Shown here: piece by piece, positions 9,466 to 19,585 of the stretch | How the letters are laid out: the number at the start of each line of letters is the position of its first letter | Numbering within the stretch: position 1 is the stretch's first letter | Assembly: GCA_934728585.1 (NCBI GenBank) | Contig: CAKVDZ010000008.1 | Span: 4,559 to 68,558, forward strand | Reading direction: 5' to 3' | From: an uncultured Candidatus Melainabacteria bacterium | GTDB lineage: Bacteria; Cyanobacteriota; Vampirovibrionia; Gastranaerophilales; Gastranaerophilaceae | Length of the DNA: 64,000 nt | Notes under the pieces: model-generated | Databases searched by the model: none | The model's input: only the letters and a program-made list of their open reading frames with translations | Told to the model about the DNA's origin: nothing | Position numbers and translations under genes: made by a program

Positions 9466-10740
9466 TTAACCTAACAAAATACCTGCGATACAAGCTGACA
9501 TGAAGCAAGTGAACACACCGCAGATTAATGCTCTCATACCCAATCTAGCAAGATTTTTTCTTTGGTTTGGAGCCAAGCCACCGATTGCACCTATTTGAGT
9601 TGCGATAGAACCGAAGTTACCGAAAGAACAAATTGCAAATGATGTAATAATGAAAGCTTTGTTTGTAATAATATTTTGAATTTCAATCAAATCTGTGTAA
9701 CCGTAAACTTCGTTTGAAACAATTTTCAAACCAATTACACCGCCTACATTGAAAATATCTTGAACAGGCACACCCATAATTAAAGCAAATAAGGCAAAGA
9801 ATTTACCCAAAATCATTTTTAAAGACAAGTGAGGGAAGTCAAAACCTAGAACAGGTGCAGTTAAGTGGAATACATTTGCAATACAACCACCAAATGCAGC
9901 TAAGATATAGTCAATCATAGCAATCAAGGCAACGATTGCTAATAACATAGCAACAACGTTTAATGAAACCATCATACCTTCAGAAGCACCTGATGCAATA
10001 GCATCAAATACGTTAGCATGAGTTTTTCTGCGACTAAGCTTAATATTTTCCATTGTTTCAGGTTCACCTGTTTCAGGGTAAACTATTTTTGTCATAACCA
10101 ATGCTCCTGGAATAGCCATAATAGCAGAAGCCAAGACATAAACAATTGGAATACCCATCATAGCGTAAACAGGCATCATAGCACCTGATGTACAAGCCAT
10201 AGAACCTGCCATTGAAGCAAGCAATTCTGAACGAGTTAATTTAGCCAGATATGGTTTAATCATAATTTGCGCCGTAACTTGTCCTACAAAAGCACTTGCA
10301 ACATTTGAAAGAGCTTCGGCACCACTTACTTTCATAATTTTATTCATCGCTTTACCTAGAATTGTAACGACACGTTGCATAATTCCATAGTAATAAAGAA
10401 TGTTTACAACCATCATCATAAAGATAGTTGCGCAAATTAATTGAAGCGCAAATGGAATAGAACAACCAAATACAGCGTTCATTTCGTTATTATCTAATAA
10501 TGGACCGAATACGAATTTGCCACCAACGTTAGCAAAATCTAAAAGTTTAACAATAACTTGTCCTAGCCATAAAAATATTTTTTGACCAACTGGAACTTTA
10601 AAAATAAAAATTCCGAATAAAATTTGTAGTGCTAAACCAACACCTACTGTTTTGTAGTTGATAGCCTTTTTGTTGCAAGATAATGCAAATGCAATTGCTA
10701 ACAATATGACCATACCGATGATGCCAATAAATCTGTCCAT
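9466..10740 (-). CDS. nupC: Concentrative nucleoside transporter, NupC family
   Basis: 424 aa and polytopic. The conserved C-terminal half (LSLKMILGKFFALFALIMGVP, GNFGSIATQIG) is typical of the CNT/NupC family. Confidence 0.85.
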   Translation of the reverse strand: MDRFIGIIGMVILLAIAFALSCNKKAINYKTVGVGLALQILFGIFIFKVPVGQKIFLWLGQVIVKLLDFANVGGKFVFGPLLDNNEMNAVFGCSIPFALQLICATIFMMMVVNILYYYGIMQRVVTILGKAMNKIMKVSGAEALSNVASAFVGQVTAQIMIKPYLAKLTRSELLASMAGSMACTSGAMMPVYAMMGIPIVYVLASAIMAIPGALVMTKIVYPETGEPETMENIKLSRRKTHANVFDAIASGASEGMMVSLNVVAMLLAIVALIAMIDYILAAFGGCIANVFHLTAPVLGFDFPHLSLKMILGKFFALFALIMGVPVQDIFNVGGVIGLKIVSNEVYGYTDLIEIQNIITNKAFIITSFAICSFGNFGSIATQIGAIGGLAPNQRKNLARLGMRALICGVFTCFMSACIAGILLG

Positions 10741-10855
10741 TAAAAACTCCTAACTAAGTCCTATATAATCAATATAAATATATTGTACTAAAAAGGACAA
10801 AAAAAATAAAAACAAAAATAAAAACATTTACTATAATGCAAAAAATGTTTACAAA

Positions 10856-12046
10856 TTGGAAAATTTAAGAATAATACATATAATGTTTAGTATGGGAAAG
10901 TGTAAACGTTTAATTTCAACATTTGTAATATTAAGTTATCTAATGTCATCAGGTATAGTTTATGCTGATACATTCCAGGGGCACGCAGAAAAAACTGACG
11001 TAACCCAACAAAATCAATCTGAACTTTTTACAGGACAGGTTGAGGCTATTGACCAAAAAGATGTAATTAGAATGACTGTATCACAAGTTATCGATGGAAA
11101 TTTTTCAATTGAGGGCGATGAATTTTTTGCAGAAGTTGTAAGCGATGTTTCTGGCGATAGCGGTGTAATTTTACCAAAAGGAACAATTGCTCACGGAATT
11201 ATCAAGGAACAATCCGAAGCAAAACGATTAGGCAGAAACGGCTATATTTCACTTGATTTTGACTATTTAGTAACTCCTGATGGCAGAGAAATTCCAATTG
11301 AAGGCAAAATGTCAACAAGAATGCACCCTATTGTTGAAGCTGGAAAAATTGTTGCAACAGACGTTGGTTATACCGCTGCAGGTGGTGTAGTTGGCGGATT
11401 TATGGCATTAAATCTACTTGGTATTGAAGCTGCAATTGCATCTCAAGGTTACACTGTTATGGGTGGAGCCGCTGTTGGTGGTGCTGTTGGTTTGGGAATG
11501 TCTTTATGGCGAAAAGGTAAAGATGTTTTAATTGCTCCAGGGGACGAAATTCGTGTAAAAATCAATTCAAAAGTTCCTCTACCTGTATACAAAGATACAG
11601 CTTTAAAGCAACACGAAGTATTTTATCCAGGGTTAACAATAAGAATTACAAATATAATGCACGAGAAAGACCCATTCGGCGAAGCAAACACAATTACACT
11701 ATCTCTATCAATAACAAACATGACAAATTTAACATTATCGGGAATGGATTTGGCACTAGTTAACGACTATAACAACGTTTTTCACCCATCAATCTTTGGC
11801 GATACAAATTTGATGTTTAAACAAATAAAGCCTGGGGATAGAGTTGCAGGTAGAATTTCCTTCACTGTTGATAACTTGAATCGTAGTTTCTGGCTAAGTT
11901 TTTGTGATAGAAGAACAAAGAAAACTTTATCAAAAATTTCTATAGACAACGCCTACAAAAATGTTCCAGACAAGGTTAAGAAAAAAAATGACAAGCTAAA
12001 GAAAAAGCCAAATTTCTACAAGAAACCTGACCCTTTCGAAGTTTAA
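10856..12046 (+). CDS. Hypothetical secreted/membrane-associated protein (shares an N-terminal module with 21324 and 21940)
   Basis: A signal-like segment (KRLISTFVILSYLMSSGIVYA) suggests the true start is at 10883 or 10892. It has a Gly-rich hydrophobic middle and a basic KKKNDKLKKK tail. Confidence 0.6.
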   Translation: MENLRIIHIMFSMGKCKRLISTFVILSYLMSSGIVYADTFQGHAEKTDVTQQNQSELFTGQVEAIDQKDVIRMTVSQVIDGNFSIEGDEFFAEVVSDVSGDSGVILPKGTIAHGIIKEQSEAKRLGRNGYISLDFDYLVTPDGREIPIEGKMSTRMHPIVEAGKIVATDVGYTAAGGVVGGFMALNLLGIEAAIASQGYTVMGGAAVGGAVGLGMSLWRKGKDVLIAPGDEIRVKINSKVPLPVYKDTALKQHEVFYPGLTIRITNIMHEKDPFGEANTITLSLSITNMTNLTLSGMDLALVNDYNNVFHPSIFGDTNLMFKQIKPGDRVAGRISFTVDNLNRSFWLSFCDRRTKKTLSKISIDNAYKNVPDKVKKKNDKLKKKPNFYKKPDPFEV

Positions 12047-12059
12047 ATATTTGATAAAA

Positions 12060-13193
12060 CTAGTTAAATAATTCTCTAGTTTTTTGACGAATTTCTTTAT
12101 CTATAGCAAAAATTTCGTCAATATCTGGATTTTGTACAACTTTGTGTTGACGGTAAATTTTTTCAACTGTGGTATAAATATCGTACAGCGTAATTTTTCC
12201 ATCTAAAAATGCATATACAGCTTCTTCATTTGCTGCATTCATACAAGTTGTAGCACTACCACCAGTTCTACCAGCCTCATAAGCAAGATTCATGCAAGGA
12301 AATTTTTCAAAATCTGGTTTTAGAAAATCAAATTCAGCCACATCAGCAAAACTAAAGCTTCTTGATTTAATTCCAGCAGGTCTTTCTGGATAACAGATAG
12401 CATATTGAATTGGAATGTGCATACTTGGTACACCAATTTGTGCAATAATACTACCATCTTTGAATTCCACAGCTGAATGCACATAACTTTGTGGGTGAAC
12501 TACAACCTTAATTCTGTCATAATCCATATCAAATAAATGGTGAGCTTCAATAATTTCAAGCCCTTTATTCATCAAAGTTGCACTATCTACAGTGATTTTT
12601 CTACCCATGTTCCAACGTGGGTGAGCAAGCGCCTGCTCAACAGTTGCTTTTTTTATTTCCTCAATAGATTTGTGTAAAAATGGTCCGCCAGAAGCAGTAA
12701 TAATCAATCTATCTACTTTTTCTAAAGCGCCATTAATACATTGGAATATAGCTGAATGTTCGCTATCTACTGGCAAAATTTTAACACCAGCTTCTTCTGC
12801 CTTTTTCATAACAATATCGCCTGCCATAACAAGAGTTTCCTTGTTTGCAAGTGCAATATCAATACCATTTTCAATAGCTGACAGCGTTGGTTTCAAGCCG
12901 ATTTTACCAGATACCGCTACTAGAATAATATCGTTTTCTTTGTTTGAGCAAATTTCTTGCAAACCATCATCACCGTAAAAAGTTTTTGCACCTTTTGCGT
13001 CTAATCGTTCATCTGGCTTTCCTAAGCAAACATATTTTGGTTTAAATTTTGCAATTTGCTTGTTTAAAAGTTCTACGTTTGAGCCACCTGCAAGCGCAAT
13101 AATTTCGAATTTATCTTGAAGTTTTTCGATAACTTCCAACGATTGAGTTCCAATTGACCCAGTTGAGCCTATTATACTAATTTTCTTTTTCAT
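12060..13193 (-). CDS. dxr: 1-deoxy-D-xylulose-5-phosphate reductoisomerase
   Basis: ISIIGSTGSIGTQSL, LANKE, PVDSEH, HPRWNMG. The ORF track extends to 13232, but MKKKISIIG at 13193 fits the usual N-terminus. Confidence 0.92.
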   Translation of the reverse strand: MKKKISIIGSTGSIGTQSLEVIEKLQDKFEIIALAGGSNVELLNKQIAKFKPKYVCLGKPDERLDAKGAKTFYGDDGLQEICSNKENDIILVAVSGKIGLKPTLSAIENGIDIALANKETLVMAGDIVMKKAEEAGVKILPVDSEHSAIFQCINGALEKVDRLIITASGGPFLHKSIEEIKKATVEQALAHPRWNMGRKITVDSATLMNKGLEIIEAHHLFDMDYDRIKVVVHPQSYVHSAVEFKDGSIIAQIGVPSMHIPIQYAICYPERPAGIKSRSFSFADVAEFDFLKPDFEKFPCMNLAYEAGRTGGSATTCMNAANEEAVYAFLDGKITLYDIYTTVEKIYRQHKVVQNPDIDEIFAIDKEIRQKTRELFN

Positions 13194-13256
13194 AATACAT
13201 TTATTATATAGCAAAACATTTACAAACAACATTATTTATGTTTTATTATTTGTATT

Positions 13257-14042
13257 ATGAAACGAATTTTAACAAACTTATTTGCAATACTTATTATAAC
13301 AGTAATTGCTGTTGGTTGTGGAAAAAAGCAACAACCAATGGATTTGCTTGATAGTATTCAACAAAGAGGAAAACTTGTTGTTGGAGTTAGAAGCGACATT
13401 GAGCCATTTGGGTTTAAAGACAGCGAGGGCAATTATCAAGGTTTTGAAATTGACTTAGCAAGACAAATGGCAAAAGTTATACTAAAAGATGAAAATGCTA
13501 TTGAATTCATTGATGTAGAACCATCAAACAGAATTTCAACAGTAAATTCAGGTCAAGCGGATATGATTATTGCAACAATGTCTGTTTCACCAAAAAGAAT
13601 GACAGTTTTAGATTTTTCAGAACCTTACTACTTTGCTGGACAAAAAGTTTTAGTTCATACAAATAGCAGTATCAAATCCTTGACTGATTTAAACGGCAAG
13701 CGAGTAGGTGTTGGATTTGGAACCACTGCAATTGAGGGAATTAAAGCAGTTGCACCAGGAGCAATTATTTCAGGCTATAAATCTTACAAAGATGCTATTT
13801 CAGCGTTAAAAGCTAATGAAATTGATGCGTTTGCCGATGACGATACTCTTTTGTTAAGCTATATACTAAAGGATAATAGTTTAAAACTTCTTCCTCAAAA
13901 ATATACTCAAGAAGCTTATGCAATAGCTTTTAGAAAAGGAACAGAAAGCACAAGAACAATAGGAATAGTTAACAACGTTTTAACAGTTATGAAAAAAAAT
14001 GGAACACTTAACAGAATGAAAGCCCAATGGCAAATAAAATAA
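13257..14042 (+). CDS. Amino-acid ABC transporter substrate-binding lipoprotein (family 3)
   Basis: Lipobox AVGCG; GKLVVGV...PFGF...G.EIDLA pattern. No cognate permease or ATPase is adjacent. Confidence 0.8.
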   Translation: MKRILTNLFAILIITVIAVGCGKKQQPMDLLDSIQQRGKLVVGVRSDIEPFGFKDSEGNYQGFEIDLARQMAKVILKDENAIEFIDVEPSNRISTVNSGQADMIIATMSVSPKRMTVLDFSEPYYFAGQKVLVHTNSSIKSLTDLNGKRVGVGFGTTAIEGIKAVAPGAIISGYKSYKDAISALKANEIDAFADDDTLLLSYILKDNSLKLLPQKYTQEAYAIAFRKGTESTRTIGIVNNVLTVMKKNGTLNRMKAQWQIK

Positions 14043-14050
14043 ATTTTTAA

Positions 14051-14078
14051 ACGGCGGTTGAATAAATTCAACCGCCGT
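14051..14078 (+). terminator. Hairpin terminator after the SBP gene
   Basis: acggcggttgaa / ttcaaccgccgt, a 12-bp stem. The downstream T tract is imperfect. Confidence 0.6.
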
Positions 14079-14166
14079 CCTTATTTTTCCACGTAACACA
14101 GATTAACACTTTATTGTTTTAAAATTTTGTTTAATTTAAAATTATATAAGAGTATGAGGAAAATTT

Positions 14167-14892
14167 ATGATAATTGAAACAAAAAATCTTGTAAAAATAT
14201 ATGGTGATAGAAGCGTTGTAAACGACGTATCTTTTGAAGTTAACAAAGGTGAAGTTGTATGTTTGCTAGGTCCAAATGGTGCAGGTAAAACAACAACATT
14301 TTACATGGTTGTAGGTTTGGTAAAACCTAATAGAGGACAAGTTTTGTTAAACGGTGAAGACATTTCAGCTTGGCCTATGAATTTACGTTCAAAAGCTGGT
14401 ATTGGTTACTTACCACAAGAAGCTTCAATCTTTAGAAAACTTACTGTAGACGAAAACATAAAACTTGTATTAGAAATGAACGACAAGTTAACAGTTAATG
14501 AAAAGAAGAAAAAACTCGAAGAATTATTAGACGAATTTGGTGTTACAAAACTACGTAGCGAATCTGCAATTTCTCTTTCTGGTGGTGAAAGAAGAAGGGT
14601 TGAATTAGCTCGCGCACTTGCAGCAAGCCCCGATTTCATCTTACTTGACGAACCATTTACAGGTATCGACCCGATTGCTATTGGCGAAATTAAAGATAAT
14701 ATTAGAAAGTTATCAGAGGATAAAGGCTTAGGCGTTTTGATTACTGACCACAACCCTAAGGCAACACTTTCTATTACAGATAGAGCATACGTAATCTTCG
14801 ACGGTAAAATCAAAATTCAAGGTAAGAGTACAGATGTTGCTGTTGACCCAGTTGCAAAAGAATTTTATTTAGGAAAGGATTTCCAATTATAA
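14167..14892 (+). CDS. lptB: LPS export ABC transporter ATP-binding protein
   Basis: LLGPNGAGKTTTFYMVVGL, GIGYLPQEASIFRKLTV, LSGGERRRVELARALA, ITDHN; matches the LptB-specific pattern end to end. Confidence 0.88.
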   Translation: MIIETKNLVKIYGDRSVVNDVSFEVNKGEVVCLLGPNGAGKTTTFYMVVGLVKPNRGQVLLNGEDISAWPMNLRSKAGIGYLPQEASIFRKLTVDENIKLVLEMNDKLTVNEKKKKLEELLDEFGVTKLRSESAISLSGGERRRVELARALAASPDFILLDEPFTGIDPIAIGEIKDNIRKLSEDKGLGVLITDHNPKATLSITDRAYVIFDGKIKIQGKSTDVAVDPVAKEFYLGKDFQL

Positions 14893-16007
14893 TGAAATTC
14901 AGTTTAAAACCAACTATTTACGACAGATACATCTTCAAACAAGTACTTTTTGCAACAATCGCAGCGATTTTGTTGTTTACTATTGTTTGGATTGCGCCAG
15001 AAATGCTTTTAAATACAATCAAAGAAACACTTGCTGGACAACATACAGTCGTTGAAGCTATCTGGATTTTAGTACTTGAATTACCTATGATTTTAGGAAA
15101 AGCATTTCCTGTAGGTTTGTTGCTTGGAACACTTTTTACATTTGATAAATTAAGCAAGGATTCAGAATTAACCATTTTCCGTGCAATTGGTTTGTCTTTT
15201 GGTAGAATTATCGCACCAGTTGTGGTTTTAAGCTTGATTATAACTGGAATTTGTTTTGTAACTTACGATAAATTGATTCCTTATGCTGAAAACAAAATGT
15301 TTATTTATGATAACTACTCTCCGTCAATTCAGTATATGTACACAGAAAAAGACGAAAATAACCAACCAAAACTTGCAGTTATTGTTTCAAAATTCAAAGC
15401 AAATGAAATGAATAACATTATAGTTTTGGATTTTTCAAACAAAATCTATGATGACTTGCACGGATTGACAAATATTTTTGTTGCTAAAACTGGTAAAACA
15501 TTCCAAAATCGTTGGGAGTTATATGATGTAACTGAATATAAGATTTCAAATGATGGAATTTTCGTAGATATTGCCCAAAAGAAACAAGTTAATATATTGA
15601 ACGGTGAATCAGCAGCGAATGCATACATGTTAATGACTTATTCAGTAAAAAAAGAACGCGAAATTACAAACGCTAACTTGCTAAAATATATTAAATTACT
15701 AAAAAAAGAATCTTTGGACGAAGATTATAATTACATGCTAAACAAATACTTCCAAAGATTTTTCCACCCATTTGTATGTGTACTTTTAGCAATTATGGGT
15801 TGTTTGTTAGGATTTAGCAAACCTAGAGAACAACGTTTGATAGGTTTCACAATTGCAATTGGTTGTATATTCTTGTATTACATTACGTTGCCATTCTTTG
15901 ATTTGTTGGCAGAGAAAGGAATTTTACATCCATTTATAACAGCAATAACACCACCATTAGCATTTTTAGGTGCAATTATTGCATTTTACAGAAGCAAAGA
16001 TTTATAA
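14892..16007 (+). CDS. LptF/LptG family permease (YjgP/YjgQ)
   Basis: 371 aa with 3+3 TM segments around a periplasmic insert. Its start overlaps the lptB stop. Confidence 0.8.
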   Translation: MKFSLKPTIYDRYIFKQVLFATIAAILLFTIVWIAPEMLLNTIKETLAGQHTVVEAIWILVLELPMILGKAFPVGLLLGTLFTFDKLSKDSELTIFRAIGLSFGRIIAPVVVLSLIITGICFVTYDKLIPYAENKMFIYDNYSPSIQYMYTEKDENNQPKLAVIVSKFKANEMNNIIVLDFSNKIYDDLHGLTNIFVAKTGKTFQNRWELYDVTEYKISNDGIFVDIAQKKQVNILNGESAANAYMLMTYSVKKEREITNANLLKYIKLLKKESLDEDYNYMLNKYFQRFFHPFVCVLLAIMGCLLGFSKPREQRLIGFTIAIGCIFLYYITLPFFDLLAEKGILHPFITAITPPLAFLGAIIAFYRSKDL

Positions 16008-16023
16008 TAGAAAATAAAAGGAT

Positions 16024-16830
16024 ATGTGTTTTATGAAAAAGTATTTAGTTTTGTTGTTAATTTTATTGATAGGTAACGTGACTTTTGCAAAATCTATCGA
16101 AATCCAAGAAAATGAGGGAATTTACCACATCAAATTGAGTGGCAAGGCAATAAAAAAACGTATTAACTTTGTGTCTACGCAAGGATTAAAAACCAATAAA
16201 GATGTTCATGAAATGTCACAATCAAAATTAACTATTAATACAGGCTTTTTCGACCCTAAGAATGCAAAAACAATATCTTATATTGTAACAGACGGAATGA
16301 CAGCAGAAGACCCTAGCACAAATGAAAATCTTATGATGAACCCTGTTTTAAGAATGCACATGAAAGAAATCTTAAACCGTAGCGAGTTCAGAATTGTAGA
16401 GTGCGATAAAAAACTAAAATATGAAATCGTTCCTCATAATACACCTGTAGATTTTATGTGTAACATCAAAACTTCAGCTCAAGGCGGACCAATGTTGTTG
16501 CCAGAATTAAAACTTGAAGAAGAATTTTTCATTCTAAAAGACAATGACGGCAATATTATTAGACAATCAGCATCAGTGCTTGATAGAACAGCAAGAACTA
16601 TTGTAGGCATAAAAAATGGTGAAATGCATATTTTAATAATCACAAATCAAAACCCTAAAAATATTTTTGAAGCAAGAGATTTATGCAAAAGTTTAGGATT
16701 TGAATACGCTATGGCATTTGACGGCGGAAGTTCTACTTCGTTTAATTACAAAAAAATCAATATAACCTCAACTCAATCAGACGGACTAGATACAGGTCGC
16801 TTGTTAAAGTCTTTTATGATAATTAAGTAG
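16024..16830 (+). CDS. Phosphodiester glycosidase family protein (DUF2233-like), secreted
   Basis: Signal peptide; TINTGFF, RTIVGI and AMAFDGGSSTS motifs. Confidence 0.55.
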   Translation: MCFMKKYLVLLLILLIGNVTFAKSIEIQENEGIYHIKLSGKAIKKRINFVSTQGLKTNKDVHEMSQSKLTINTGFFDPKNAKTISYIVTDGMTAEDPSTNENLMMNPVLRMHMKEILNRSEFRIVECDKKLKYEIVPHNTPVDFMCNIKTSAQGGPMLLPELKLEEEFFILKDNDGNIIRQSASVLDRTARTIVGIKNGEMHILIITNQNPKNIFEARDLCKSLGFEYAMAFDGGSSTSFNYKKINITSTQSDGLDTGRLLKSFMIIK

Positions 16831-16862
16831 TATCGTGAATTGTCGATTGTAAATTATTGGCG

Positions 16863-16877
16863 ATGTCCTCGCTACTT
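16863..16877. repeat. Left arm of a 15-bp perfect inverted repeat (atgtcctcgctactt)
   Basis: Exact reverse complement of 17763..17777. It lies 47-61 nt beyond the stop of the pilin-like gene. Confidence 0.85.
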
Positions 16878-16923
16878 TTGACAGAGTTTATATACTCTCA
16901 CTCAGAGTATTACAGAAAATCTA

Positions 16924-17904
16924 CTATTTACAAGTTGTCTTTTTCCAAGATAGACTACAACTGCCGTTTGTGGCTTTTAAATAATCCATATTTCCAGTTT
17001 CTATTATCCAACCTGTACAATAGCTACCGTCTTTAAAACAGTTCCATTTCAGATTATTATTACCCTCGAAACCCCAAACATCTTCTCTTGTACCTGCTGG
17101 AGTAATACCTTCGCTTGTAATCAAAAATTCAAAAGCGTCTTTACCTTTAGTATTTGCACCTTTCATACCATCTATATCAACATTTATAACTCCACAAAAA
17201 TTAGTAACTATAAATTGAGGTTTACTCGGACCACCACCTACCAATGGGGGAATCATAAGACCTACTCCAATATCACAATCATTATTATTAATATTAAATT
17301 CTAATGCCGTGCCATCAGCCAATAAAACTTTTGGTAAATCATCTGATAAAAATTCAACCGACTTACCTTCTAAAGTTTTATAATCTCCATTAAAAAAACA
17401 TCCAACAGAATCCACACCACAATCTTTTGAAAGTTTCAAAAATTCAGATATCCTATTTTTAAATCTATCACTCTTAGCAGTTGCACTGGTTCCATCAGCT
17501 TTAAACCATTCGTCAATAGGACCATAAACGGCAGTAGCACGACCGAAAGCGTCTGTTAAATTTGCATACACTTTCTTAACCTTTGCAACTTTTTCTCTGT
17601 CGCCTGTGGATTGGTTTAAGTTTGGAATAGTCAACGCCGCAACTACGCCAATAATGCCCATTACAACAAGGGTTTCAGCTAAGGTAAAAGCGATAGCTTT
17701 TACTAGTGAGTTGTGAGCGGATTTTGCGTAGGGCGCCGTGTGAACAGAGCGAACCCAGCCCGAAGTAGCGAGGACATTACGAATGACAACGCTAGTGAAA
17801 TGAGCAACTTGTCCGAGTGAAGCAATAATCCAAGACAGTGATGAGTCTTTATTGTCATTTGCTTGTTTATTATTTGTCAATTCTCGATTAAACAACTTTC
17901 TCAT
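16924..17904 (-). CDS. Prepilin-type N-terminal domain protein (type IV pilin/pseudopilin-like) with an unusually long leader
   Basis: AFTLAETLVVMGIIGVVAALTIPNL core, but F of FTLAE is residue 73. Cys-rich C-terminus; paralog of 28296..29033. Confidence 0.75.
   Translation of the reverse strand: MRKLFNRELTNNKQANDNKDSSLSWIIASLGQVAHFTSVVIRNVLATSGWVRSVHTAPYAKSAHNSLVKAIAFTLAETLVVMGIIGVVAALTIPNLNQSTGDREKVAKVKKVYANLTDAFGRATAVYGPIDEWFKADGTSATAKSDRFKNRISEFLKLSKDCGVDSVGCFFNGDYKTLEGKSVEFLSDDLPKVLLADGTALEFNINNNDCDIGVGLMIPPLVGGGPSKPQFIVTNFCGVINVDIDGMKGANTKGKDAFEFLITSEGITPAGTREDVWGFEGNNNLKWNCFKDGSYCTGWIIETGNMDYLKATNGSCSLSWKKTTCK
17763..17777. repeat. Right arm of the 15-bp perfect inverted repeat (aagtagcgaggacat), inside the leader-coding GC-rich patch
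   Basis: Read directly; covers codons R42-S48 of the ORF. Confidence 0.85.
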
Positions 17905-17997
17905 AAGCTCTTTCCTTTATGTTCTCAACAATTCCATTATAACAATTCGATTGAGCATTCACAATACAGCTATTCTATCCTATTGTATTCTATTCGG

Positions 17998-18024
17998 CAT
18001 TATAGCTGAGTTTCAGCTATAATG
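17998..18024 (-). terminator. Hairpin downstream of the TPR gene
   Basis: cattatagctg / cagctataatg, an 11-bp stem with a 5-nt loop. No clean U tract on the minus strand. Confidence 0.35.
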
Positions 18025-18091
18025 AAATCATTTTTACAAAATGTAACATATTTCGCTTGCTTAACTCAATTTCACCCTACTGAAAATATAT

Positions 18092-19510
18092 TTATTTTCC
18101 AAAAATTTTCATGATTTTACCGATTAAGCCGTCATCTTCAGTCGATGCATCAGAATATTCTTTCTTTTTACTTTCAAGTTTTTCGATTTTTTTCTTAATT
18201 TCCGCGATTTCTGCTTCATCAATTGAATTTGAAGACAAGTATTTTTCATAAAATTCTAGTGCTTTTTGAGCATTTCTAGTTTTTTCATAAGAAACAGCTA
18301 ACGATTTCAACACTTTTGGATTACGTTTGTCAATTTCATACAACTTTTCTAAGTATTCAATTGCCATTTTGTAATCGCCAATACTTTCTCTAAAAGCTCC
18401 TAATTTTTCTAGCGCACGTCTATTTTGTGGCTCTAATCGATATAATTTTTCATAAAATTCAATTGCATGAGTATTATCTTTCATTGATTCTAGTAAATCT
18501 GCAATTGTAATAATCAAGGCTGAATCTTCTGGATTTGCTTGATGAGCAAACATATATTCATTCAAAGCAACGTCCTTATTACCTCTTGCTTGATTATATT
18601 TTGCCCAGTTATAGTGTTCTTTAAATGTTTCACCTTGTTCTTCATAAATCAAAGCTCGCATTTGATAAATTAATGGTGAATTTTTATCAAATTTTGCAAA
18701 TTCATCAACATATTCAAGCGCTTTATCATAATCACCAGTTGCATAGTAATATTGCGCAACTAAAGATAAGAATTTTGGATTTTTCTTGTATTCATTTTGT
18801 AATTCTTCAATTTTTGTCAACGCTTCTGAATATTTCTCATCATCAATCAAACAACGTAATTGAACCAATTTATCAGAAGAAATTTTTGAAGCTTGTTCAG
18901 TTTGGTTATTTCTCAAATAAATATCTGCCAAAGTTTCCTTAACTTCTTTTGTTTCATGCCCGTCTTTTATTGCTCTTTCCAAAATTTCTGCAGCACTAGA
19001 TAAAATATCTTCTTTCAAATAAATTTGAGCCAATAACAAATATGCTTCCACTGGTGCCTCTTGCGTATCTAACAAGCGTAAATACTCATCAATTGCTTGA
19101 TTAGTTTTGTTTAATTGAGCATAAATACCCGCAAGCGCAAATCTTGTAGCATTTCTTTGGTCATTTTCATAAGCTTTATCTAACGCTTTCTTAAAATCAC
19201 CTGCTGCGTGTTGTAATTTGCCTTGTAGAACGTGTAAGTTACCTCTATATGAATAATATTTATATTTATCACTGTCAAAAAACAAATCCATTAATTGTTC
19301 ATAAGCAAGTTCATTTGTTGCATCTTTTTCTAATATTTTAGTAAAATAATGTTCAACATCATCTTGTCTATTTAAAATACAAGCAACATGTGCCAAACGT
19401 TGCATTAAATCTATACTGCTAGGTTTTGCATCAAGTAGTTGTTTATATTCTTGAAACGCTTTTTCGTATTCTTCTTTTTCTTCGTATTGTTCTGCTAATT
19501 CAATTGACAT
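18092..19510 (-). CDS. Tetratricopeptide-repeat protein
   Basis: 472 aa with many 34-aa units (...YEKAFQEYKQLL..., ...GDYDKALEYVDEF..., ...GDYKMAIEYLEKL...). Confidence 0.8.
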   Translation of the reverse strand: MSIELAEQYEEKEEYEKAFQEYKQLLDAKPSSIDLMQRLAHVACILNRQDDVEHYFTKILEKDATNELAYEQLMDLFFDSDKYKYYSYRGNLHVLQGKLQHAAGDFKKALDKAYENDQRNATRFALAGIYAQLNKTNQAIDEYLRLLDTQEAPVEAYLLLAQIYLKEDILSSAAEILERAIKDGHETKEVKETLADIYLRNNQTEQASKISSDKLVQLRCLIDDEKYSEALTKIEELQNEYKKNPKFLSLVAQYYYATGDYDKALEYVDEFAKFDKNSPLIYQMRALIYEEQGETFKEHYNWAKYNQARGNKDVALNEYMFAHQANPEDSALIITIADLLESMKDNTHAIEFYEKLYRLEPQNRRALEKLGAFRESIGDYKMAIEYLEKLYEIDKRNPKVLKSLAVSYEKTRNAQKALEFYEKYLSSNSIDEAEIAEIKKKIEKLESKKKEYSDASTEDDGLIGKIMKIFGK

Positions 19511-19585
19511 TATTTATTACCTTTCATTTATTGTTTTAAAATTATTTTATTATAAATACCTAGTTATAAGATATTACACAATTGG

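Noticed and set aside
16840-17790. The idea that inversion between the 15-bp repeats would create an alternative ON configuration driven from the upstream + strand gene.
   Set aside because: Translating the predicted inverted junction gives a stop at 16850..16852 and no start codon in frame with the pilin body. Inversion could therefore only switch the gene off, not swap promoters.
17690-17904. A possible c-di-GMP riboswitch (the ACGCAAA string) or other known structured RNA in the GC-rich leader of the pilin-like gene.
   Set aside because: Only the heptamer matches the GEMM-I core. The flanking helices and the GCAAA / tetraloop-receptor elements are not present by eye. It needs a covariance-model scan to be sure.
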